Program-made: the position numbers and the translations under genes
The notes under the pieces: model-generated
The model's input: the letters and a program-made list of their open reading frames with translations, nothing else
The model's database searches: none
Told to the model about the DNA's origin: nothing
Assembly (NCBI GenBank): GCA_043775355.1
Contig: JAYVSL010000025.1
Location: 224 to 64,223, forward strand
Source of the DNA: Planctomycetota bacterium
GTDB taxonomy: Bacteria > Planctomycetota > UBA11346
Direction of reading: 5' to 3'
DNA: 64,000 nucleotides
In this document: positions 17,247 through 27,300 of the stretch, in pieces
Layout of the letters: every line of letters begins with the position of its first letter
Position numbering within the stretch: position 1 is the first letter of the stretch

Positions 17247-19951
17247 GCCTCACTCGACGTCAGGTGCAGCGATTGAATAAGGTGTTGCCGTAGCGCTTCG
17301 CTTTCTTCATCGCTCAGTTTTCGCCCTTCGCGGTTGACGTAAAAAACGTCGACGGCGATGTCACCCATGGTATTGATGGAGGCAAAGCCGATTGAGCAGC
17401 GGAATTCGGAAATGGCTCGGCAAAGTCGGCTGAGCAGTCCGACGTCGTCTTTCACGTGGACGTCAACAATGGTGTAGGTTTCACTCGTACGCTGTTCAAC
17501 TTTAATGGCCGGATCATCGAAGACGCTGTCAGCAGGTTTGGGACCAACGCGAGCGTTACGTCGGCGTTCGAGTAAGATCTCAGCGGCCAGCGTGCCTTGC
17601 GATACGGCGAGCAGATCTTTGCGGAATTTTTCCCATGACGCGGGTTCGGCGATGCGCGCGGGGTAAATCGACGACAGGCGGAAACTATACACCACCATTT
17701 TGCTGCCGGTCACCCAGGTACGAGCATCGATGATATCAAAACCGTGGCCGGTGAGCGTCGCGGTGACATCAGCAAACAAAGCATGACGATCCGGCAATGC
17801 CGCAGCTAAGTGTACATATTTATCTTTGAGTTGGTAATCGATGCCGACGCCTTCACTGCGGGCACGTAGCAACACCGCGTGATGCCGTTGAACATCGCCC
17901 GGAGGCACCTGATGCAGATAACTGTGTGGTAAATCTTCGATGAATGCTTGCGCATTGATTTCATTCACGCCGTGCTGCGTCAGTTCACGCACTAAACGGT
18001 CATGACGACTTATGGTCTCCGTCCCACCGCTGCGTTTGAGTTGCTCCGCGACGGTGGAGTGCAGATCGTGCAGGATCGCTTCTTGCCAACCGGTCAACAC
18101 GCCTTCACCGACAGCACGTGCGTCGGCAAAAGTCAGGCAGTACAACAGATCAAGCTGTTCACGATTGCCCATTTTCTCGCTAAATGCAGCAAGAAATGAC
18201 GGCTCATGGAAGTCACGCATGCGACTGGCATCGGACAATGACACATGCTTTTCGACCAACCAATATACCAGCTCTTCTTCTGGTGCATCCAAACCCATGC
18301 GCGCCGCCACTTGCGCCACCATCAACGCGCCACGTGCGACATGACCACGACCCATATATTTGCCCATATCATGGAGCAGCAATCCCAGGCCAAGCAAATC
18401 CTTGCGTTTGGTCGTGGCCAACATGTCCGCCATGTTCGGCAAGCCTTGGAGCTGCCCATTCGTCACAGCGTCTAAATTACCCATCGCAAATAACGTATGC
18501 TGATCGACAGTGAATTGGTGATAGCTATCGAATTGCATATGACAGGTCAGATTACCGAACTCCGGCAAGTAAGCGCCTAGCAAGCCACAGTTATGCATGT
18601 CTTCGAGAATCGGACGCGTACGCCCAAGATCACCGATGATTTCCAGGAACACCCGCGCCAAGGCTTTATCGGTGCGCACCGCATCGGTGACCAAAACTAA
18701 ATGCGTACGAATAACGCGCTGTAATTCGAGCGCTAAACGCAGCCCTTTTTGCTGAGCCACACGACACATGCGAATGAGCCGGTGCGCCGCATCCGGCAAC
18801 GACCAGAAATCTGGATTTGAAAAATACACCTGTCCCTGAACCGCCGTGAAATCTTTATCGATGGTCTTGCGGGTTTTAATCAACAGCGTCCAGCGCCCCA
18901 AATGGCCGGTCGCTTTGAGTCGACTGACGACGAGTTCAATGGTTTGGTGAACGTGCAGCACCTGAGCATAGTGATGCTTCATGAAATGCTCAACCGCGCG
19001 CAATTGACTGACCGCTTCGTAACCGAGCTGCTTGGCAATGCGAACCTGGTCGGGTAACTGAAAGACGTCTTGCTTGCGCTTATGCTCAAAATGCAGCAGC
19101 GAACGAAGTCGCAGCAAGTGATCATTCGCGCTTGCCACATCAATTAAATCTTTTTGCGTGATCACTTCGAGTTTGATCAGATTGAAAATATTTCGACTAC
19201 CAGAGATGACGAAGGCAAAGTTGCGCAGCAACTGCACGTCGCGCATACAGCCTGGGTTACTCTTCAAATTCGATTCCATCTGAAACAAGCTGACTCCCGC
19301 TTGCTCACGACGTTTGGCCAATTCTTCGAGCTTAAACTTAATGAACGCGACGCCACGCCGTTTGCGAAAAGTTTCCATAACGTCGCGCATGCCGTCACGC
19401 AGGCCCAGCCCAGCCAACAAAGGACGATGCTCCATCACCGCCGTCGCCGTCACAAAATCCTCATCAATAATTCGCGCCAATTCCGACATCCCACGCATGC
19501 TGGCGCCAACGGTAAATTTCACGTCCCACATGCTGGCTTGCAGTTCCGCATTGCCCGCCGCCAACCACGGGATGGTTTTTCCGTCGCGCGCCAACACCAA
19601 CAAATCGATATCCGAACACGGATTCAATTCACCACGGCCGTAGCCGCCGGTCGCAAAAATACCGACCTCTTCGTGCCAACCCGATGGTGCCCCGGCTTTG
19701 GTAAACGCGCGCTCGGCGAGTTCACGAATAATCGCATCCGCCACTCCGGTCAAAGCGAGTGCCACTTCTGCGCCCGTACTGTCGACCAGATTTTCCAACA
19801 GGTGTTGATGAATCGCCTCGTTTTCGCGCACACGAATGGCCTTGATCGCGGCAATCGCTTCGGCCCTGGGAACCCCACGTAGCGCCATCAATTCGCGCAA
19901 CAGCGCGGTGGTTTCAGGAACAATCACCGTTGAAGCAGAGTCCGTCGTCAT
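17243..19951 (-). CDS. glnD: [protein-PII] uridylyltransferase/uridylyl-removing enzyme
   Basis: Nucleotidyltransferase motif GGYGRGELNPCSDIDLLVL, HD domain (LLLHDMGK) and two C-terminal ACT-like segments. The track ORF starts at 20002; ATG 19951 (MTTDSAST) is the first Met after a Ser/Pro-rich leader. Confidence 0.85.
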   Translation of the reverse strand: MTTDSASTVIVPETTALLRELMALRGVPRAEAIAAIKAIRVRENEAIHQHLLENLVDSTGAEVALALTGVADAIIRELAERAFTKAGAPSGWHEEVGIFATGGYGRGELNPCSDIDLLVLARDGKTIPWLAAGNAELQASMWDVKFTVGASMRGMSELARIIDEDFVTATAVMEHRPLLAGLGLRDGMRDVMETFRKRRGVAFIKFKLEELAKRREQAGVSLFQMESNLKSNPGCMRDVQLLRNFAFVISGSRNIFNLIKLEVITQKDLIDVASANDHLLRLRSLLHFEHKRKQDVFQLPDQVRIAKQLGYEAVSQLRAVEHFMKHHYAQVLHVHQTIELVVSRLKATGHLGRWTLLIKTRKTIDKDFTAVQGQVYFSNPDFWSLPDAAHRLIRMCRVAQQKGLRLALELQRVIRTHLVLVTDAVRTDKALARVFLEIIGDLGRTRPILEDMHNCGLLGAYLPEFGNLTCHMQFDSYHQFTVDQHTLFAMGNLDAVTNGQLQGLPNMADMLATTKRKDLLGLGLLLHDMGKYMGRGHVARGALMVAQVAARMGLDAPEEELVYWLVEKHVSLSDASRMRDFHEPSFLAAFSEKMGNREQLDLLYCLTFADARAVGEGVLTGWQEAILHDLHSTVAEQLKRSGGTETISRHDRLVRELTQHGVNEINAQAFIEDLPHSYLHQVPPGDVQRHHAVLLRARSEGVGIDYQLKDKYVHLAAALPDRHALFADVTATLTGHGFDIIDARTWVTGSKMVVYSFRLSSIYPARIAEPASWEKFRKDLLAVSQGTLAAEILLERRRNARVGPKPADSVFDDPAIKVEQRTSETYTIVDVHVKDDVGLLSRLCRAISEFRCSIGFASINTMGDIAVDVFYVNREGRKLSDEESEALRQHLIQSLHLTSSEA

Positions 19952-20069
19952 GGTCGGGCAACATGACTCCGGCGCGCTCAGCGACAAGGCAGGACTGCGC
20001 AAAGTCCATCTGCGCCGAATACATCGACGATCTTGCGCCTGCGTTCAACCGTCACACCCTGCGCGTCCC

Positions 20070-21479
20070 ATGCTGGCTACCCCCCTCACGATTGCGCCGC
20101 TGCCCCGTCCAACGGGTGAAATTGTTTGGCACGTTCCTGGTTCGAAGAGCATCACCAATCGTGCTTACGTTCTGGCGGCGCTATCGCAGGACACGGTATT
20201 ACACAATGTTTTGGAAAGCGATGACACCCAGCGGATGCGCGAATGTCTGGATGGCTTTGGTGTCACCGTCGAATCGCTGAGCGATAACCGCGTGCGTATT
20301 TTAGGCGGGCGTCAGCGGCTGAAAGTTCCGACGCGCTCGTTGTTCGTCGGCAATAGCGGCACGACGGTGCGATTCCTTGCCGGGTTGGCGGCACTGATTC
20401 CTGGGGCAACAACTTTCACCGGCGATCAGCACATGGCTAAGCGCCCAATCGCGGATTTGGTTGATGGGCTGCGACAATTGGGGCTGACGGTTGAGTGCCC
20501 AACGGGTTGTCCGCCATTGACGATTCATGGTGGTCCGATCACGAGCGCTCGCGTGACCATGAATGGTGAAAAGTCGAGTCAGTATTTCACCGCGCTGTTG
20601 TTGTCAGCGGGAATGTTTGATGTCGATTTGGATATTACCGTTGAGGGAACCTTGGTCAGTCGTCCGTACATCGACATGACCATCGCGATGGTACAAACAT
20701 TCGGTGGGAAAATCGACGCCACGACCCATCACTTTCATATTCATGGACGGCGTACCTATGGCATCGGCAGAGATGAAACCACGGTAAACACCACGCCTTC
20801 ATTCGCCATTGAACCGGATGCCTCGTCAGCCAGTTATCCGTTCGCCTTGGCTGCGGCCTTGGGTTTCGCGGTTACGGTCCATGGGCTCGATCAACATTCG
20901 CTGCAAGGCGACATCGGCTTTGTCGAAGTGCTCAAACGAATGGGCGCGACGATCACTCAAGGCCGACTCGCCAACAGTGCGGGGCAAGTCGGAGTTCCTT
21001 TTACCCGCGTCGCAAGCGACAAGCCTCCGCGTGGTGTCGACGTCGATATGCACCATATCAGCGATACGGTGATGACCCTGGCCGCCATCGCGCCGCTGTG
21101 CGAAGGACCAACCACCATCCGTAACGTCGCCAATATTCGCATCAAAGAAACCGATCGCCTGATTGCGACGGTCAACGAATTACGCCGCGTTGGTCAGCAC
21201 GTGGAACACGGCGACGACTGGCTACGCATCACCCCAAGACCGCTGAAACCAGCAACGATTGAGTGCTATAGCGATCACCGCATGGCGATGAGCTTTGCCA
21301 TTTTGGCCGCCGCCGCGCGCGATCATCATTGGGACTCCACCGTGCCCGCATCCCAACGCACCATCCGCATCGCCGACCCCGCATGCACCGCGAAAACGTA
21401 CCCAGGATTCTGGGACGATCTCTTCTTGTTGTCCGATGTCCGATGTCCGATGTCCGATGTCTTTCATACGGACGTTTGA
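20070..21479 (+). CDS. aroA: 3-phosphoshikimate 1-carboxyvinyltransferase (EPSP synthase)
   Basis: VPGSKSITNRAYVLAAL, GNSGTTVRFL and KETDRL motifs. I start at ATG 20070 (MLATPLTIAPL), because the 78 upstream codons overlap glnD antisense. The last ~17 codons are encoded by the heptamer repeat element. Confidence 0.9.
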   Translation: MLATPLTIAPLPRPTGEIVWHVPGSKSITNRAYVLAALSQDTVLHNVLESDDTQRMRECLDGFGVTVESLSDNRVRILGGRQRLKVPTRSLFVGNSGTTVRFLAGLAALIPGATTFTGDQHMAKRPIADLVDGLRQLGLTVECPTGCPPLTIHGGPITSARVTMNGEKSSQYFTALLLSAGMFDVDLDITVEGTLVSRPYIDMTIAMVQTFGGKIDATTHHFHIHGRRTYGIGRDETTVNTTPSFAIEPDASSASYPFALAAALGFAVTVHGLDQHSLQGDIGFVEVLKRMGATITQGRLANSAGQVGVPFTRVASDKPPRGVDVDMHHISDTVMTLAAIAPLCEGPTTIRNVANIRIKETDRLIATVNELRRVGQHVEHGDDWLRITPRPLKPATIECYSDHRMAMSFAILAAAARDHHWDSTVPASQRTIRIADPACTAKTYPGFWDDLFLLSDVRCPMSDVFHTDV

Positions 21480-21596
21480 CCAGATCATTCACATTGGTTC
21501 CTCGAAAAAAATCAGACCGATTCGAAAATGACCCAATGACCCCAACCAAATCCCGCAGCACAAGACCTCGGACATCGGACATCGGACATCGGACAT
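21430..21596. repeat. inverted arrays of the heptamer ATGTCCG flanking a 107-bp spacer (element copy 2)
   Basis: 21430-21461 reads TGTCCG (ATGTCCG)x3 ATGTC. 21569-21596 reads (CGGACAT)x4, perfectly complementary. The spacer start TTTCATACGGACGTTTG resembles copy 1 (TTTTATGCGACGTTGGG). Confidence 0.9.
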
Positions 21597-22230
21597 GCTC
21601 AGAATAATCGCTGGTGAATTCAGGGGCAGAAAATTACTTGCTCCCCCAGGGCTAGAAACTCGTCCCTTACCGGATCGCATCAAGCAATCGCTTTTTGATT
21701 GGCTTGGGCAGTCGTGCGAGGGCTGGAAAGTGGCGGATGTCTGCGCCGGATCGGGCAGCTTTGGTTGCGAGGCGCTCAGTCGTGGAGCGGCCGATGTTCA
21801 CCTGATCGAATCAGGTCGCCATGCGATTTCGATTCTGCAAGCCAACCATCGTGCGCTGGGTGCGCCGACGGGACTGCATCTGCATACACGGCAATTCCAA
21901 CAGGCACTGCCGACGTTGTCTGGTTTGGATCTGATTTTCGCGGATCCGCCATTTCCTTGGTTTGTCGATCAACCGGAAACGCTCACTGAATTGCTGCGCC
22001 TTGCGATGGCGGCGATGAGCAGCAAAGGGCGCTTGGTCATCCGTGGTGAACGTGGTCACGATCTGCCGTCGTTGCCGCCCGGACTACGCGAATCTGAACG
22101 CCGTTTCTATGGCCGCAGTTGGGTGGTGGTGCTTCATCGCGTCCCGCATGCGCCGCTGCCTCGGCAAGAAATCGGCAGCGCTTGGGTTCCGACGTCGAAC
22201 GTGAGCAAAGACCTTCCACAGTCCGAATGA
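21595..22230 (+). CDS. rsmD: 16S rRNA (guanine966-N2)-methyltransferase
   Basis: 211 aa. MLRIIAGEFRGRKLLAPPGLETRP and DLIFADPPF are RsmD hallmarks. The ATG lies in the last repeat unit of the upstream element. Confidence 0.85.
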   Translation: MLRIIAGEFRGRKLLAPPGLETRPLPDRIKQSLFDWLGQSCEGWKVADVCAGSGSFGCEALSRGAADVHLIESGRHAISILQANHRALGAPTGLHLHTRQFQQALPTLSGLDLIFADPPFPWFVDQPETLTELLRLAMAAMSSKGRLVIRGERGHDLPSLPPGLRESERRFYGRSWVVVLHRVPHAPLPRQEIGSAWVPTSNVSKDLPQSE

Positions 22231-22289
22231 CTGCTTTTTCCCAAGGTTTTCTTCACTCTTAGCCTTGTTCCTCAGATCTCCAGTTGCCG

Positions 22290-22309
22290 TCTACCTAGTG
22301 ATAGATAGA
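22290..22309. promoter_or_regulatory. imperfect palindrome just upstream of the TetR gene (candidate autoregulatory operator)
   Basis: TCTACCTAGTGATAGATAGA matches its own reverse complement at 14 of 20 positions (TCTAnCTA-N4-TAGnTAGA). It lies 10 nt upstream of the tetR-family start codon. Function is inferred only. Confidence 0.3.
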
Positions 22310-22319
22310 CATCTCGCCC

Positions 22320-22904
22320 ATGCATGAACCAACCGTCGTCGCCGCCACTACTCGCGAACAATTATTAACTGTCGCCGCTGATCTGTTGCAGCGCGTGGGC
22401 TACGCGTCGTTCAGCTTTCGCGACTTAGCCGAAGCGGTCGGAATTCGCGCCGCCAGCGTGCATTATCATTTCCCGACCAAGGCCGATCTGGGTTTGGCGT
22501 TGATAGATTGGTTTCGTGCCCAAAGCGATCCGCAGATGGCGGCGCTGTGCCAAGCGTATCCAAATGTGCGCGAGCGGCTGCTGGCCTTAGCAGAGCAAGT
22601 CGCCGAACACACCTGCACCAATGGTAAGTCTTGCCCGATAAATTTACTGCTCTCGGAATTTTCCGTGCTCCCGGAAAATCTTCAGATCAAAGTCCGTGCC
22701 TGGGTCGATGACTGTCTGGCAGGCATGGCAGCATGGCTCGAACAGGGGCGTCAAGCGGGCGAGCTGAAATTTCCAGGTGACGCCATTTATCAAGCGCGCT
22801 TGGTGTGGTCCGTCATTGAACATGGCACTCAGCTGTCACGGACTCAGGCAGACCAATCGTTCAGGTCACTCATCCAACATTTGGTCGCGACGATGACGCC
22901 GTAA
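22320..22904 (+). CDS. TetR/AcrR-family transcriptional regulator
   Basis: 194 aa. N-terminal HTH (GYASFSFRDLAEAVGIRAASVHYHFPTKADL) is typical of TetR_N. It lies directly upstream of an RND efflux operon. Confidence 0.85.
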   Translation: MHEPTVVAATTREQLLTVAADLLQRVGYASFSFRDLAEAVGIRAASVHYHFPTKADLGLALIDWFRAQSDPQMAALCQAYPNVRERLLALAEQVAEHTCTNGKSCPINLLLSEFSVLPENLQIKVRAWVDDCLAGMAAWLEQGRQAGELKFPGDAIYQARLVWSVIEHGTQLSRTQADQSFRSLIQHLVATMTP

Positions 22905-22940
22905 AATCGCATCAATCCAAACACGATCTCAACCACGCCT

Positions 22941-23000
22941 TCTTACTTTGTCTTACTTTAATTCACTTTATCTCACTTTTAAACCTTCATTCACTTCGTG
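22941..23000. repeat. 10-bp phased YACTT repeats in the TetR-to-RND intergenic region (candidate promoter/operator architecture)
   Basis: TCTTACTTTG TCTTACTTTA ATTCACTTTA TCTCACTTTT are four consecutive 10-bp units, followed by a further TCACTTCG at 22991. They end 23 nt before the adaptor-gene ATG. Confidence 0.5.
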
Positions 23001-23022
23001 ACCTCCTCAGAGGATTATTCCT

Positions 23023-24309
23023 ATGCGTTATCTTATCCCTGCTTTTACCATCGTTGGTGCGCTGACGCTCAACGGATGTCTGAGTGAAAAACCACATGGC
23101 GCCGGCGGTCACCAAATGCCGCCACCACAGGTCGGCGTCGCGACGCCGATCAGCCGCGCACTGGCACCCGTGAAAGAACTGACCGGGAGCATTGAGGCCG
23201 TCGACACCGTCATTCTCAATCCCCGCGTCAACGGCGTGGTGATCAAAGTTCACGTCGCTGATGGCGCCGAGGTCAAAGCTGGCGACGCCATCCTCGACAT
23301 CGACGATTTGCCGTTGAAGGCAACTCTGGCACGTATGCAGGCGCAAGTCGCCAGCGCCGAAGCCCGCCAAGCCTTGGCAAAACTCCAACTCGAACGCGGC
23401 AAACGCCTCGTCCAAGATCAGGTCATTTCACGCCAACTATTCGATGATCAAGAAGCCGCGCTGCGTAGCGCCGACGCCGATGTCGCTGCTGCTAAAGCAG
23501 GGTTATTAACGGCTGAACTTGATCTTGGCTATGCCAAGGTCACCGCACCAATCAGTGGACGTATCAGCAAAATTCAAACCACGGTCGGCAACCTGGTGCA
23601 AGGCGGTGGTCCAGTTCCGCCGACGCATCTGACCACGCTGGTCAGCGTTGACCCGGTGTACGTCGCCTTCGATGTCGATGAAGGGACGTGGCAACACGTC
23701 GGCGGGCGTTTGCGCGCCGCGACAGCTGGCGGCGACGCCGTAGCTGTTTCCGTCGCGTTGATGGGCGAAAAAGGATTCCCGCATGTTGGTCAGGTCGTAT
23801 TTGTCGATAATCGCATTGAAAATGGCAGTGGTTCAATCCGCGTACGCGCACGAATTCCGAATGCCGATCGGCGACTGACGCCGGGCGCCTTTGCCCGCGT
23901 GCGCATGGAAACCGGACCCAGCCTTCCCGTGTTGCTGATTCATGAACGCGCCGTGCAAGCACAGCTCAACACGCGCTACGTTTTTGGTGTCGACAAGGAT
24001 GGCGTGACCAGTTTCCGCCCCGTCCAGCTTGGCGCAGCGGTCGGTGATTTGCGCGTGGTTGAACACGGACTTACCGCAGAAGATCAGATCGTGGTGGTTG
24101 GTTTAGCGAAAATATTTTATCCTGGCATGCCGGTAAATCCTGCGTCGGCATCGATGGAAACCCTAGAATTCGCCACTCCGCCCGCAGATGATAAGGGTGC
24201 ACCTGATGGCGCACCTGCAGCCGAAAAGGCCACCAAGGTCGAAGCTCCCAATAAAACTGAAGCGCCGACCAAGGTCGACGCGTCTGCTCAAGAAGGTGCC
24301 AAGCCGTGA
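23023..24309 (+). CDS. RND efflux periplasmic adaptor (membrane fusion protein)
   Basis: 428 aa with a lipoprotein-like N-terminus (LTLNGC). Has the coiled-coil hairpin and beta-barrel segments typical of AcrA/MexA-type adaptors, and an Ala/Lys/Pro-rich C-terminal tail. Confidence 0.9.
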   Translation: MRYLIPAFTIVGALTLNGCLSEKPHGAGGHQMPPPQVGVATPISRALAPVKELTGSIEAVDTVILNPRVNGVVIKVHVADGAEVKAGDAILDIDDLPLKATLARMQAQVASAEARQALAKLQLERGKRLVQDQVISRQLFDDQEAALRSADADVAAAKAGLLTAELDLGYAKVTAPISGRISKIQTTVGNLVQGGGPVPPTHLTTLVSVDPVYVAFDVDEGTWQHVGGRLRAATAGGDAVAVSVALMGEKGFPHVGQVVFVDNRIENGSGSIRVRARIPNADRRLTPGAFARVRMETGPSLPVLLIHERAVQAQLNTRYVFGVDKDGVTSFRPVQLGAAVGDLRVVEHGLTAEDQIVVVGLAKIFYPGMPVNPASASMETLEFATPPADDKGAPDGAPAAEKATKVEAPNKTEAPTKVDASAQEGAKP

Positions 24310-27300
24310 GATTGCCGCACTATTTTATCGACCGTCCCATTTTTGCGACGGTGTTGTCCGTTATTTTAATTTTGATCGGCACGCTGTCAGTTTCGCGCCT
24401 GCCGATCAGCGAATATCCCGAAGTCATTCCGCCCACAATTTCGATCATCGCCAACTATCCTGGTGCCAATCCAGAAACGGTTGCCACCACCGTCGCCAGT
24501 CCGCTGGAACAGCAGATGGTCGGTGTGCCAGGAATGCTTTTCATGCAGTCCCAGAGCAATCTCGACGGGTTGATGACCTTGACATTGACCTTCAAGATCG
24601 GCGAAGACCTCGACAAGGTTTTGGTCGATGTGCAAAACCGCATTCAACGCGCAACGCCGCGCTTGCCAGAAGAGGTCCGCCGCTTGGGCGTGACGGCGAT
24701 CAAGGTCAGCGCGAATCTCCTCATGGTGGTCCATATCACCTCGCCAGATGAATCTCAGGACATGCTGACTTTATCCAATTTCGGACGACTCTCGGTTCGT
24801 GATCGATTGGCTAGCGTTCCCGGAGTTGGCGACGCACGCATTTTTGGCGCTGGCGAATACAGCATGCGCGTGTGGCTAGATCCCGATCGCATGGCAGCAC
24901 GCAAGCTCATTCCGAATGACGTGATTCAGGCAATTCGTGAACAAAACGTTCAAATTGCCGCTGGCACGCTGGCACAACAACCCGTCAACAAAGCTACGGG
25001 ATTTGAGCTGACGGTCACCACCCAAGGACGATTAAGTGAGCCGAAAGAATTTGAAAACGTCATTATCCGCCGTGGCGAAGCTGGGCAATTACTTCGGCTA
25101 GGCGATGTCGCACGAGTCGAACTTGGCGCAGCCAGTTACAACCTTCGCAGTCTGCTCGACAATAAACCCGCTGCCGCCATTCCTATATTTCAATCTCCTG
25201 GTTCGAACGCCCTGGATACGGCCCAACTTGTTCGCGATGCGATGGCGGACCTGAAGAAAACCTTTCCGCCCGGCATCGATTACTCGATTGTTTACGACAC
25301 CACTATGTTCGTTCGCGCTTCGATTGATGCCGTAAAATGGACCTTGGGTGAAGCCATCGCGCTGGTAGTCCTAGTGGTGTTACTATTCCTGCAAACCTGG
25401 CGCGCATCGATCATTCCCCTGCTGGCGGTTCCGGTTTCGTTGATCGGCACTTTTGCCGTGATGCATGCCATGGGATTTTCGATCAATACCTTGTCTCTCT
25501 TCGGTTTGGTACTGGCCATCGGCATTGTCGTCGATGACGCCATTGTCGTCGTTGAAAACGTCGAACGAAATATCGCCAACGGGCTGACCCCAAGACTGGC
25601 AACCAAACAAGCGATGCGCGAAGTCAGCGGACCGATCTTGGCGACTGCGCTGGTGCTGTGCTCGGTATTTATTCCTACCGCGTTCATCAGCGGCCTGACT
25701 GGGCAATTTTACCAGCAATTTGCGCTGACCATTGCGATCTCGACAGCGATCTCAGCGCTCAATTCACTGACGCTAAGCCCGGCCCTTGCGGCGCTGTTGC
25801 TCAAGCCTCACCGCAAAGAACATCAACCCGGCGGTTTATTATTCGGCTGGTTTTTTAGCCGTTTCAACCGCTCGTTTGCTTGGTCATCCAAAGCTTACGT
25901 TGGCGCGACTCGCCGCGTCATCCGATTCAGCTCGATGGCGGTAATAATCTATGGTGGCCTGTTGGCTCTGACATGGTTCGGCTTCCAGAAAATACCCAGC
26001 GCGTTCGTGCCGGATCAAGACAAGAGCTATTTAGTCTGCGTCGCTAAACTGCCAGATGGAGCTTCGCTTGATCGGACGGAAGCGGTTATCCGCCGTATGA
26101 GTGAGTTGTCTTTGAAACATCCTGCCATTGATGGAGCAGTGGCATTCCCTGGACTTTCTCCTGCTGGTTTCAGTAACGCGCCAAATTACGGAATGATTTT
26201 CGTTCGTTTGAAGCCCTATGCAAAGCGCCAAGGACCAACCATGACCGGACAAGCAGTAGCAGGAGCGCTCTCTGGTCAGTTCTCCTCCATACCAGACGCG
26301 CTCGCCTTCGCCTTACAGCCACCAGCGATTCTTGGGCTAGGGAACAGCAAAGGCGGAAAACTTTATCTGCAAGACCGTGGAAATGTTGGGCTACCGGTTT
26401 TGTTTCATTCGGCACAGCAAGTACTTGGAGCGGCAGCGCAAACCGGGAAATTCGATTTTACAGGGCCAACGCGCACGGATTCGACGATGGGAGTACCGCA
26501 AATACGCGTTGATATTGATCGTGACAAAGTGGTTGCCGATGGCCTGCGTATGACCGACGTGACCGATGCGCTCCAAGGAAATTTTGGTTCGGTCTACGTG
26601 AATGACCTCAATCTTTTTGGTCGGACGTGGCAAGTAAACGTACAGGCTGATGCGCCTCACCGACTAGCCACCACTGATCTTGATCATGTCAAAGTTAGAA
26701 ACGCCAATGGCCGCATGGTTCCGTTATCTTCGTTTATTTCCGTTCATGAAATTGCCGGGCCAGATAAAACCGTGCACTACAACACGCTTCCTGCCATCGA
26801 CATCAACGTTGCCGCCGCCGCCGGTGTTTCCGGAGATGAAGCTAAGGCCGTTATGGAAGACATCCTGGCAAAAAATCTGCCACCAGGAGTTACTTATGAG
26901 TGGACCGATTTGATCTATCAGCAAATTTTGGCTGGCGACACTGCGCTGTACGTTTTCCCGCTTTGCGTTTTGCTGGTGCTTTTGGTGCTCGCCGCGTTCT
27001 ATGAAAGCTGGGTGCTACCGATCGCCATCATCTTGATTGTGCCGATGTGTTTGCTGTCGGCATTGGTCGGCGTTTGGATGACGGGCGGTGACAACAACAT
27101 CATGACCCAAATCGGACTCATCGTGCTCGTAGGATTAGCATGTAAAAATGCGATCCTGATTGTCGAGTTTGCGAAGGAGGCGGAAATTCACCGCCACCTC
27201 AGTCCGCTCGACGCGGCGCTCGATGCCTGTCGCTTACGACTTCGCCCCATTTTGATGACCTCGTTAGCATTCATTATGGGCGTGTTGCCGCTGGTCGTTG

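Noticed and set aside
21222-21683. Cluster of small ORFs (64-117 aa) across the aroA-rsmD junction containing SDVRCPMSDV-like peptides
   Set aside because: They are translations of the ATGTCCG arrays in various frames, overlap one another, and overlap aroA or rsmD. There is no independent coding signal.
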